From assembly GCA_028534125.1 (NCBI GenBank), contig CM052816.1, forward strand, positions 16,184,001 to 16,248,000: a stretch of DNA of 64,000 nt, given 5' to 3'. A model generated the notes under the pieces. It saw only the letters and a list, made by a program, of their open reading frames with translations, searched no databases and was not told the origin of the DNA. Source of the DNA: Lama glama (taxonomy: Eukaryota). Of the stretch, positions 41,461 to 53,749 are shown in pieces. Every line of letters starts with the position of its first letter. Positions within the stretch are counted from its first letter, which is position 1. The translations under genes were made by a program, and so were the position numbers.

Positions 41461-44389
41461 ATTGGAATTGCTTAGTCAGAGTGTAGTCATTTTTAAGTTT
41501 AAAAATTAGAGTGCCTCCTTTAAATATTATGCCGATTTACTCTGAGAATGAGAATGCCAGTTCTCCTATTCCTTTGATAATTTATCAACATCTATTTGGA
41601 AATCTGATTGCTGGAAAATGGAATTCTAACTATAGATTGTACTTGTATAACCTAGGATTAAGCAGCATATTTTAACTGTTCATATTTTTGCCCATTGTTA
41701 AACCTTTACCTCTTGATTTATAGGAAATGTATATTTAAAAAAGTAACGCTTTGCAAACATTTCTTACTGGTTTTGTTCAAGCTTTTCCATACAGAATTTT
41801 TTAAAATCTAGATACATCATCCATTCTTTTTAATCTTTATTTTGTTTTTTCACTTAGAAAGCAAAGCCACTACACAATTTTTTAAAAATATAGATACATT
41901 GTTGTCTTCTTGTACATTTTAAATTTGTGTCTCAGGGTATATTTCTGTACTCTTATTTGTTCCATTCATAGAGTAATCGATTCAGATGCCAGTACTGTTT
42001 TATTCTTTTTGTAATGTTTTAACATCAAGTAGGGTTAGTTTTCCTCTATGACACTTATGTTATATTGTTCATAATGATTCATATTATGGTTTTAATAATA
42101 ACAATGTTAGAATCAACTTGCCTACTTCCAAAAATAACAAGGTTATTTTTTAAAGATTTTAATAAATTTAGTTTTCTTTACAATTATCTTTATGTTGAAA
42201 TTTATTAGACATTGTATGACAACCATCTAAGATCTCTTTTGTGTCTTTTAGTATCTTCTTCATAGGTAACTGATGTTCCTATAATTATTCCTAACTTTAT
42301 TTTCCTTCCATTGTATCCTCAAACTGATTACTTGCTACTTCAATGAATTTTCAGTTGACTCACATAGTACTTATGTCAATTTACCATCTACAACTAATTT
42401 TTACCTCTTTCCCCATTTATACATTTATTTTCTTCTACCTAATTGCCTTTGATAGTACCTTAGTATCTTTGAATAAAGTTTTCTCTTTTGATGAGAATAC
42501 TTCTAGGGTTTCCCTTTTAAGCATCACAAAGGCTTCCAGAGTAAGATGTATTTTATCAGGTTTGGAATTTTGATTCTCAGCAATTTTAATAAATGTCCTT
42601 TTAGCATGTAGGGACATCATGTAACTTTTACTGAGATCAATTAATTGGAAATATTTTTGATGTATTCTTCAAATAATCTAGGCATGACTTCTATGTTGTA
42701 TTATTATATAATGATTTGTTTATAATGTGTATCTACTAAAGCCTTTTTTTTATTTTAAAATTTAGGTTCTTTTTTTTTATTGAGGTATAGTTGATCTACA
42801 GTGTTGTTCTACTAAAGTCTTTGTTTCTAATTTAGCAGATATACACCATATATGCAAACAAAAGAGAATCCAACATCAATCCCATCCTCTAAAAATGTAA
42901 ATCCTTGAGGAATTTTTAAATGTCTTGAGATTCCTATTCTGACCCTCTCATTGAGGCCATAGTTTAGTAGCACACACACTGACATATAACAGACTATTTA
43001 GGTAGCGAAATAGAAATGGCCCCTAAGGAAAGAGGAAAATTGTATATATGATGAATAGCCAGAGTTTAGGATCTGGGATCCCAAGTTCCTCTGAGCATCC
43101 CCAAGACTAGGGGTGGGGATGTGTGACCCATTAAGGCCTTCCAGAGGGACATTTAAAAAAACCTGAGACTCATGGGTGTTATGAAAAGAAATACATGGAA
43201 ACTCCTTTTAAAGCAAGGCTAAAGGCAATTTAAAAAAAAGGCTAAAGGCTATGTCTGTATATGTTCTACATATGTTAAGAGCAAAAGGAAGCCTCCTCAA
43301 GCTACAGTAATAGTGGCCAAGATACTGATGGCCTGAAACAAAGTATGTGGCATTTGTTAAATGTGTTAAGAGACTGGAAGTAAGAAGACAGGCATTTCAG
43401 TAGTCCCTGGAAGATGTTAGAGTGAATGAGGTTGATGACTGAAGCTACTGATGAAAATTAGTTGGAAAGGAACTATACATGAAAGCCTCAAACCAATCAC
43501 TAGCTTTGAAGTCAGATTCAGTGACCACCTCAGTAGGTCCTGCACCAACTGGGTGACCTTGGGCAAATAACGGCAGGTACCCTGTAGGACTGTTGAGAGG
43601 ATTAAGAAATGTGTAGTATGAATTTAGCAGTTCCGGTACACAGTCAACATGTAGTAAATGTCAATATTCTATGGTGCCACATGTCCTGGAGTGTTTTTAC
43701 ATAAATATCCTAAAATGACAAAACCATAGATTCAAAGATTATTTTTATAGAGCTCCAGTGTAAATATATTAAAATTTGAATCTGGTTATAAGTTTTATCC
43801 TGGCATCTACTTGTCAGTAGGTGAATGCTAGCAAGAAAGGTTCTGCAAGTTAGAATTTAAAAATATGTTTCACAGATTTTCTTAACCATAAAAACGTTTA
43901 CAGATTATCAAAAAGTTTAAAAGGCCACAGATCTGTTTTAATTAACAGATGTTTCAAATTTGAACAAATCCTCTGCAGTTCCATTATTTTCATATCATAT
44001 TTTTTGAAGCTAACTTTACTTTCAAATAATTGCTCACTGTTATATCTTTACAGTCCACTAGCAAATGATTTGGAAACCTTTTTTTTTAATTAAACAAAAC
44101 AAAATCAGCACTCTCATTGTCCTTACTGGGTTATTGTTAAAAATTAGGATATGCCTTTGGCCTTATCTATACTGGATACATTATGACATACTGATATTTA
44201 CCAGTTGAGGCTCTTTAGTTAGCTGTCAGTAGAATTGAGGCTGCTTGCCTATGTAGGAGTGAGGTAAACCTTTAAAAAAACCAATGTGGCCAGAAAGGAA
44301 TCTGAGCATAGTAAACAGAGGGCTAGACTGCATCTTATTTATCACTTATCTCCAATATCTAGCATGGAGTTCAGTTAATAAAAGCTGTA

Positions 44390-44527
44390 GGGGGGAGGGT
44401 ATAGCTCAGTGGTAGAGTGCATGCCTAGCATGCAAGTGGTCCAGGGTTCAATCCTCAGTACTTCCATTAATAAATAAATAAACTGAATTACCTCTCCCCC
44501 TCAAAATAAATAAGTTAAAAACAACCA
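44390..44527 (+). mobile_element. Vic-1-like SINE with 18-bp TSD
   Basis: Full head; TSD cagttaataaa(a/g)gctgta at 44372-44389 and 44528-44545. Confidence 0.92.
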
Positions 44528-45199
44528 CAGTTAATAAAGGCTGTAAGCCCATAAAAAGGCTATGAGTTAAATGACCAGTCTTCTGACAAGACGAGTAAAT
44601 TGCATAGGTTATTAACCCAGCCCTGGGGATATTATGTACACCAATAAGAGGGAGGTTAGGGATCTGAGAAACTATATATAAAGAGTCCCCTGGAGGAACA
44701 GATCATGATTGGGCCCTACTATACAAAGGCAAGAAATGGAAGCCCAGCTCAGAAAAGGGTAGAGTACCATGGAAGTAGGGTCAGCATAGGCTGACAAAGA
44801 ACTTTCTTGGGGTGCCCAGCATATTGTAACCATTAGCTCCTGGATTTCTCCTCTAGAGAATTACAAGTGAGGAGAAGGAGAGTTAGTTCTACTGTCTGCC
44901 ATTCTGGTGAAGCCTAGATTCTAACTCTGAGGCTCTGTGACTTGAGGACATCTACCCTGTCCTTCCACTCATTAGTACACTAGGGCCTGGTCTTGGCTCC
45001 TCCCTTCTACCAGTAGCTGATACAAAATTCCCATCTGTACTGTGAACTCAGGGTAAAAATCATCAGTCCTCTGGAGACTACAGCACCCACTATAAAAGAC
45101 AACAGGTTCAACCACTATTCTGTATGAAACAGAATAAACAAAGACCATAGAATAAGACAGGTTGAATATTAAAAACATTATGTTTATAGAATATAGGTG

Positions 45200-46265
45200 A
45201 CAATGAACTAAGGATCCTGGTTAGCATACATGTATTGTTCTATCAGCTGACAGGGCCTAGAAGCCAACACCACCTCAGTATTTAGAGCACATCTAGTGCC
45301 CAGATCTTGGTTCCCTAATACCATTCTCCAATAAAGGAACCAGGACTCCTTGGATAGATGGCTGGCTCTGGGACAGTAAAGATATAAGATGAACCTGGAG
45401 CATCATTTAGTGCCTTAAAGTGACAGGTGTTTAAAAACATCAACAACCCCACAATGATGGGGGCATATCAGAGGGATATAGGAACCAACTGAAAAAGCTC
45501 CCAGTGGCCAAAGATGGAACACTTTGAGCAAAATTAAGTATTATTGGATTATTTCCATAAGTATAAAATATTGAAGAGTCCATAGTGGTATAAATAAATA
45601 TAATAAATGTGGGAAGAGACCAATTTCTTTCTATAGAATTCCAGTTAACTGATGTAGCCATTCTATCCTCAAGAACAGCACAACATCCTTCTTCTTAAGT
45701 GTGGACTGCACAGTGACTTCATTCCAAACAGCACTGTACTGGGTAGAGGAGGTAACTGTACAGAGGCAAAACCTGGCAAATAAGATCTCAGCCAGGTGAT
45801 CAAGGATAACATCAACAGTAGTAAGTCATGTTGCTATTATGTACTCTTGATAAGTGATGAGAATGACATTTTACCTCTGTGGTCTTCCTTTCAAAATCCC
45901 TTAAGTCCAGCCTAATTATGGGAAAACTCAATCCTAATTGAAGGGCATTCTACAAAATACATGACTCAAAGCTCATCAGAAACAAGATAAGTCTAAGAAG
46001 CTGGCACAGCCAAGAGGAGCCTAAGGAGACATAATGACGGATATCCTCAGTGGGATCTTGTAATAGATAAGGGTGAAAATTAAGGAAATCTGAATAAAGT
46101 ATGGACTTTATTAATAATAATGTATTAATATTAGCACATTGTGACAAGTGTACTATACTAATATATGGCGTTAATATTAGGAGAAACTGGGTGCAGGGTA
46201 CAGGGGAATTCTTTGTATTGTCTTCACAACATTTCTGTACATCTACAACTATTCTAAAATAAAAT
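45200..46265 (+). mobile_element. Old L1 (L1MC/MD-like) 3' fragment
   Basis: ccagatcttggttccctaataccattctccaataaaaggaaccagg...tctacaactattctaaaataaaa. Confidence 0.72.
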
Positions 46266-47623
46266 AAATTTCAAGGTTCACTTTATCACCCCTTTCCCAG
46301 GTAGAAGTTAACCTTAAAAAGCAGTATAGAATGTTCTTACACCCCAAAGGGCCTTTAATGGAGAACTGGGAGAGCCAAAATAACAGGGGCTCCTTTGAGC
46401 CAGGATTGAGGATCCTAAATTGAAAAACATACAACCTAGCAAGTTGATTCATTAGAAGTGTTCCTAAATAGCAGTAGAGAAAGGTGTTGCTAAGCAGACA
46501 TTTTAAGTATTACAGTTGATTTGTTAATTCAGTGAAATTGTTTACCAAAAGAATACTGACCAGGTCCATTAACTGGAGCTGTTCATAAAGCCCTAATTAA
46601 GCAACAAGATTCACAGGCGTCATTGTCACTCTTTCAGGTTCTTAATTTGTTTCTTACCAGGTTGTTTTCTCTTTTGTGTGAGTTCCTAGACACTGAGCCA
46701 CTTTTTTGTGTCCTTTTGGGGCCTGCAGAATTTATCTCTGGAATTTTGTTTTCCTGATTAAAATCTGAGACATGATCCAAAATTTCAGTGCAAAAGTTCC
46801 ACAACAGTATAGTTTCTTTCATCCCTGAAAGGGAAATAAATTATTGACAGGAACCATGGATAGCACTTAATACTCAGGGCCCCCTAGTCATCATGCTTTA
46901 ATTTCCCTGTTAATATGGTACAGGACCTGAAACTTGAACAGAGCAACAAAAAGGGGCACTTTTGTTTACTAACTGCTATCTATGGCAGGAGATGGCAGCT
47001 TGGAAATTTACAGACCAATAACCCTGCCAGTACAATTTCAGTTTTCATTGCAGCATGGGAAAAGGGTGATGAAGAAAAAGATGGATAAAAAGCTACTTTG
47101 AAATGTGTTACTTCATCTTCTTAGACTCACCAGGAAATTTAAAAAATTAAATCAACAAGGAGTAGTAGGTGACTAATTAACTTCACTTATCAAGTAGGAA
47201 ATCCCATTAAATTATTTTAATGTGCATGATTAAGCCACTGAAACCTCTTGGGGTATTGAACACATGCAAACACCAAATGAATTTTCCCTTTTCAAGTAAG
47301 TGGCAACATAGGGGCCCCTCCCTGCACCTGGGTAGCTTTACCATGCTCAGGAAAGCAATCTGTACGCTCAGAGGAACTTGAGATACCAGATTTTTAACTC
47401 TGGCTGTTCATCATGTATAAAATTTTCCTCTTTCCTGAGAGGCCATTTCTATTTCACTACTTAGGTTGTGAGGTTGTGATTAGGCTCTGCTGAAAACTGA
47501 AGACTGCTGTTCTTTCTTAGGACCTCTTCCTTAGATGTATGTTAAAAGATGAGAGAACTATTGTGATATAAATAACCCATTCTTTTGTTCGTTGCCAGTT
47601 TCAGCACACACACACACACAACA

Positions 47624-47696
47624 GGGAGAGGGAAATAGCTCAGTGGTAGGTCCTAGATTCAATCCTCAGTACCTCCATTTAAAAAAAAAAAAAAAG
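47624..47696 (+). mobile_element. Internally deleted Vic-1-like SINE
   Basis: atagctcagtggtag joined directly to gtcctagattcaatcctcagtacctcc, then poly(A). Confidence 0.8.
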
Positions 47697-48044
47697 CCAA
47701 GGAAAAAGGATCACAAAAATTCCAAACACAAGAAATAAGGACTATCCTACTACTAATTTACTAATCTCACCTCAGTCCTCTAAAAGGTGAAGAGTTTAAC
47801 ACTATATGGTAAAGGCTTGCTATAAGGCAAAGGTATTGATAATATGTAATTTTTTAGGAACACATGTTGGTACTGGCCCTCAGTGTATCACTAATGAGTT
47901 GTCCACACTCAAAGCCTGAATTTCATTCCCTAGAATAGGGGTAATTCTTGCCTACCATCTGGTTTTGAAAGGCCCCCAAGCTTAGAAAGGTTGGGGAAAA
48001 TTTTTTGTTGTGACCCTGAAAATTTTATGAAATTCTAATGTCAG

Positions 48045-48206
48045 TATCCATAGTTTTATTGGAACACATTAATTCTCATTTGGTGACATTTTAACTATGG
48101 CTGTTTGCACACCACGACTGCAGAGTTTAGTTGCAAAAGAGAGTATGATGCACAGGCCTAAATTAGTATCTGGCCTTTTACAGGAAGTTTGCCAACCCCT
48201 GCTCTA
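48045..48206. mobile_element. MER58-like hAT remnant
   Basis: agttttattggaacac...tctggccttttacaggaagtttgccaacccctgctcta. Confidence 0.65.
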
Positions 48207-48454
48207 GAACAACAGTGTATAAAACTTTCTGCATTGGTGGGAATGTTCTCTGAGCTGGCCAATAGGTACTAGATACTGAGATGAAGATGTGTATTTTATT
48301 TCTCAGTTTAAAGACACATGTATTGCTCAGCAGAGCTCTATAAAATGAGGGCTTAGTTTAAGTCTTAGGCTTTAAGCATTCTTCTCTAAATTCTAGTACA
48401 CCCCATAATTTTTTCGAATTTTAAGTTTTTCTACCTATAAAGAAAACCTCATTC

Positions 48455-49378
48455 TTCCTGTTTTTTTCCTTTATTCTCACACTACTACCATACTCTCCGT
48501 ACTTCTGACAGATTTGGAGGTGGCGGGGGTGGTTTCCCACAAGGCAAATCTTGTCACCAGCTGGGTGTACTATAATCTAACTCAATTCTGACACCTAGAG
48601 ATAATTTCAGATCCCACAGGATAAGGGCACCATCCTACAAGGCTGCCCCTTCTCCACTTAAGATGCCAATCACAAGTCCAGGTTGTTAACCTATGCTTCT
48701 AACAGATAGTCTTTAATTCAGAGATTCTTACAAACTCTGACTGTGAGATGACTAATTTTTGCTAGAGTGGCTCAAAGAGCTCAGGAAAACAGCTTACTGT
48801 TTACCAGTTTATTATAAAAGGATATGAAAAAGATACAGATGAACATCCAGATGGAAGAGATGTGTAGGACAAGTTACAAGGGAAGGGGTATCACTCTTCC
48901 AGAACCTCCACATCTTCACCAACCTGGAAGTTCTCTGAACTTCATACTATTGGAATTTTATGGAGGCTTCATCCTGTATGTGTGATCATTAACTCCATTT
49001 CTAACCCCTCTCCCCTCTCTGGAGAATGGGTATGTGTCTATGTGGTGGTGTGGGGGAGGCAGTGATGATGAAAATTCCAGCTTCTGGTCATTGCCTGGTC
49101 TTTCTGGGGACTAGACTGATTAAAACAAAAGACATTCCTAGAAATTTTTAAGAGTTTAAGAGCTCATCATCAGGAGCCAGATTCAAAGTCCAAATATTAT
49201 AACTAAAGATGCTCCTGGTGTTCTGATCACTTAGGAAATACAAGGGTTTTAGGAGCTATGTGCCAGGAACCAGGGCATATATATATATACACACATACAC
49301 ATAAACGTATATATATAAAATGTATACATGTATATATATTTATAAAATGTATGTATGTATTTTTCTATTACTCCACAC
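48455..49378 (-). mobile_element. MER21-like solo LTR
   Basis: Reverse complement ccctggttcctggcacatagctcctaaaacccttgtatttcctaagtgat; ccagctgggtgt...tcagatcccacagg. Confidence 0.75.
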
Positions 49379-49583
49379 CATCTATCTGAGCTGAAGAGAG
49401 TTACTTAGGACCTACGTGGCAAACAGACTACATACATTACTTATCTTGGTGTCACAAAGGGCAGTCTAGACATCTGAGGTCCCAATGGATTGAAGATTTC
49501 TCACTCAGGTGAAGGCGTCTAGGATTCAAAGAGGAAAGGAATGACAGGCTATCCTTAAGACAGGGTGCTTTTCTAACAGAAAA

Positions 49584-49785
49584 AACTGTTTGCACCCAGA
49601 CTAGGACCAACTCCATAGAAGGAGTTTCTCCACTCTCAGAGGTGCAAAATACTGCCCAAAGGTACTAAGCCACAACACCAAAACAGAGCCGAAGCCAGAC
49701 CTTAACAAAGGCAGCATTTGCTCTTCCAACAGTGTAACACCATCCAAGGCATCACACTAGCCTGGATAGCTGACAACCGCTGGAT
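49584..49785 (-). ncRNA. SNORA74A: Box H/ACA snoRNA U19 (SNORA74A orthologue)
   Basis: Reverse complement begins ATCCAGCGGTTGTCAGCTATCCAGGC and ends GGGTGCAA-ACA-GTT; H box AGAGCA; 202 nt. Pockets GUCA/GUUAC and GAGAGU/UAGU are complementary to 28S helix 69 (GUAACUAUGACUCUC), each 14 nt from its box. Confidence 0.95.
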
Positions 49786-50546
49786 GTTCCTGAAACAGTT
49801 TTCCTATTTGGTTTCAGATATCCAGCTACCCCACATAGAAGACATGGATATAGGTATCCCCATGAATTGAATGTTGACTACAGAACAGAGGCCTGGAAGC
49901 ACTGATTGCAGACCCTGCTGTCAAATCCTTTAAACAAAACTGGAAACAGGAACTCCCTTCCCATGCCTTCAGTCATTTTATCCAACATTCAGGGAGTTCT
50001 AGCATGTGCTGGACACTGTGCTTGGGATGTAGCAGTGAACAAGGCAAGAGATACTATACTTTTTCTCATGGAATTTATAATCTCCTCATAATTTCCTCAG
50101 ATGGAATGATGCAGATAATCCCAAATCCCACATGCCTTCAGACCATGATCACCAAAATACTACTCAGCCTTTCACTGCCCAGAGGCCAAATTTGTAAGGG
50201 GCAAATATAGTTGATTTTGCCTCCCATTTGTTTCCTGGTGAATTCCAACTAACAAATCTGGCACACAGTCAATGTTGGAATGAGTAGGGACAATTACCTG
50301 GTAGCTCCATGCACAACTGTCCACCTGTCACTAATCTCTCTTCAGGAGGGCCAAGGATGCCCTACTTTCAAGTCATCCTAAAAAGAAAAAGATTTCAGCA
50401 TTCAACACTCTAGTTCCAAAGATTGCTTTTCTGTAGGGATGGAAACAGAATGCTGCCGGACATTTATGATTTACCATATTTTTTATATCCTCAGCCATTA
50501 TTTTATTTTATTTTCCATTACTTACATATTTCTTGTCTGTTATCCC

Positions 50547-51690
50547 ACAACCTAAATGTCCATCAACAGGTGACTGGATAAAGAAGATGTGGTATATTTA
50601 TACAATGGAATACTACTCAGCCATAAAAACTGACAACATAACACCATTTGCAGCAACATGGATGATCCTAGAGAATGTCATTCTAAGTGAAGTAAGCCAG
50701 AAAGAGAAAGAAAAATACCATATGAGATCGCTCATATGTGGAATCTAAAAAACAAAAACAAAAACAAACAAACAAAAGCAAAGCATAAATACAGGACAGA
50801 AATAGACTCATGGACAGAGAATACAGACTTGTGGTTACCAGGGGGGTAGAGGGTGGGAAGGGATAGACTGGGATTTCAAAATTGTAGAATAGATAAACAA
50901 GATTACACTGTATAGCACAGGGAAATATACACAAAATGTTATGATAAATCACAGAGAAAAAANNNNNNNNNNNNNNNNNNNNNNNNNNNNNNNNNNNNNN
51001 NNNNNNNNNNNNNNNNNNNNNNNNNNNNNNNNNNNNNNNNNNNNNNNNNNNNNNNNNNNNNNNNNNNNNNNNNNNNNNNNNNNNNNNNNNNNNNNNNNNN
51101 NNNNNNNNNNNNNNNNNNNNNNNNNNNNNNNNNNNNNNNNNNNNNNNNNNNNNNNNNNNNNNNNNNNNNNNNNNNNNNNNNNNNNNNNNNNNNNNNNNNN
51201 NNNNNNNNNNNNNNNNNNNNNNNNNNNNNNNNNNNNNNNNNNNNNNNNNNNNNNNNNNNNNNNNNNNNNNNNNNNNNNNNNNNNNNNNNNNNNNNNNNNN
51301 NNNNNNNNNNNNNNNNNNNNNNNNNNNNNNNNNNNNNNNNNNNNNNNNNNNNNNNNNNNNNNNNNNNNNNNNNNNNNNNNNNNNNNNNNNNNNNNNNNNN
51401 NNNNNNNNNNNNNNNNNNNNNNNNNNNNNNNNNNNNNNNNNNNNNNNNNNNNNNNNNNNNNNGACTGGGATTTCAAAATTGTAGAATAGATAAACAAGAT
51501 TACACTGTATAGCACAGGGAAATATACACAAAATGTTATGATAAATCACAGAGAAAAAATGTGACAATGAGTGTGTGTATGTCCATGAATGACTGAAAAA
51601 TTGTGCTGAACACTGGAATTTGACACAACACTGTAAAATGATTATGAATCAATAAAAAATGCAAATAAATAAATAAATAAATAAATAAAT
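50547..51690 (+). mobile_element. 5'-truncated young L1 (ORF2 C-terminus + 3'UTR + (TAAA)n tail), interrupted by the assembly gap
   Basis: QPKCPSTGDWIKKMWYIYTMEYYSAIK...FAATW is the L1 ORF2 C-terminus; AATAAA and A-rich tail at ~51651-51690. Confidence 0.93.
50963..51462. other. Assembly gap (500 N)
   Basis: Run of N. Confidence 1.
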
Positions 51691-52589
51691 ACTTCTAGCT
51701 GAGGTGGAGTAAAATACTTTACCTGGCAGCAAGTAAAAAAAAAAAAAAAAAGCTAAACATCCCCTAAGCCCTCTAGATTATTACTCATATTAAAAACCCA
51801 TATGTAAAAGGCTATTCACAATGAACATCTGAGGGATTCACACAAAGCACTCAACATTTAGCTAAGAGAATCCTTTAAAGGGAAAGTCAATTGATAGAAG
51901 AAAACTAACTTTCATAACTAACTCCTCTGCCTCCCAACATCCTCACCAGTTCCTCCTGTAGAAACTAGGATGTCACATAAGCAGCAATTTAAGTCAACCC
52001 TACTCGACAACCTCCAACATCACCCTGAGTGATAAATATTTGCCTAGAACTGAGAAGCATCTCTTCTCAGAACATTAGCATTCCAAAACAAAGTCACTAC
52101 AAAGGAGACTCAATATTTACTGCTCCAAAAAGTGGCAACAACTCTGTTCACTCCTGAAAATCAGTAAGAAACCAACAAGAATATTCCATCAACCTAAAGC
52201 AGAAATTAGTATTTAGACCTAGTATCTAGAGCCCCTCAATCGATTGCTATTTTTACATTTTATTAATGAGCTAAAGAATGCCTATAATTTTAAAAACAAA
52301 TTTACAGTAACATTTCCTTGTAAGACATGACATTCTGACAGGTAACTATAGCTACGAAGTCCCTCTACAAAGAGATTGTAGCTAGCTTTGTATTGTGGGA
52401 GAGTGGGAGAAATGAACTTTGATTTCAGTGAAATTAGCATAAATTCCATTGACTTCCACCCTATATAAGGCCTTTTGAGCACTTGGTAGGGACTCAAAAA
52501 ATAAAAGCCCAACTTTTCCTCTCTACTTACACATCCCTCCATGGCCTGATTACCTTTGTTCTGTTTCCAAGTTATGATTCAAGGAACTT

Positions 52590-52838
52590 CATACTAGTCA
52601 AACCTGTCAGACCAGAACCATTCAGAAAGGTCTGGATGTTTAGGTTTCTCCCTGTAAAGTCATGCTGTTACAGATTTAACTTAATGAATAAGCAACTATG
52701 CTGGCACTCTGGTATAGTTAACAACAGAGTTGGCATGAACTAGGCCCAGAATGCCAACCAGCTATTGGCTGCTGTTCTCCCAGCAGTGTAACACATGCCT
52801 AGGTACATGGCAACCTAGGCAGCTGCCTACAGCTGGGG
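52590..52838 (-). ncRNA. Divergent SNORA74-family snoRNA-like RNA (SNORA74D-like position); 3' end uncertain
   Basis: The 5' hairpin aligns with the U19 5' hairpin (CCAGC..CAGCT..GTGTTACACTG.TGG); H box AGAACA at the same 14-nt spacing; several further stems downstream. Confidence 0.75.
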
Positions 52839-53749
52839 CCAAATGTAGCTAAAGGAGTCTCCCACTCACCTGGGGCTGCATCTGCCCAAAGTACACAGCT
52901 GGCACCTCTGCAATCAAAATACTCTAGGTTAGAGTCAGCCAACAGTTAGTGAACACCTGTGTGGAATTCAAGACCGCCCCCCCCCCCGCCAAAACAGTGA
53001 GGCCTGAGCCACAAAACCAATAGCAGACAATAAAACAATTAGCTTTACCTTGGTTAGCTTTATTTTCATATGTCATTTTTACCTGCATACAGTTCAATAG
53101 CAGCAAATTAATAACCTTATCAAAAAATATCAGGAAGTTTGGCTCTGTCACCTAACAGCCAAGTGATAGTGGGCAAGAAACTTAACCTCTCTGTAACTTC
53201 AGTCTCTTCATTTATAGAATGAGGGTATTAAAAGTACTTTGTACACAGGGTGGTTGGGAGATTTAAATGGAATATAATTAAGCTCATAGGATAATATCTG
53301 ATACAGACTGTGTACTCTGTAAACTCTTGCTATTATCCGGAGCTGTATTCCAGGTAAGGAGATATGAATATTAGTGAGAAGAGGGGAAGATATCCTGGGA
53401 GAGCAATGGGCAGTAAAAACTAGAAAGGCAGGTTAAAACTAGATCAGGAGGGCCTCAGTTATAGTACCTCTTGAAGAACAATAAAAGCAGCACTTTAGAA
53501 AAATAATTGGACGTAGTAATGGGTGCAAAAGCAACTGGAGGCAGTTAGGTTGCCATTCCTGTTAACGACCTCAACTACTGGTTAAAAGCAATGTTTACAA
53601 AAATGATAATAAACATTCGTACCCAGTCACCCTTATTTATATAAGGTGAGGGTATCTAAAACCATACTTTTTTCCCCAGCCATCCTCTGATTTCACTCCT
53701 AAATGCCTACAAACAATTTAAGAAGAAAAGGAAAATAGACGGGAATCAT

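Noticed and set aside
50683..51567. Long ORFs of 182-294 aa
   Set aside because: Made of N-gap X residues plus L1 3'UTR.
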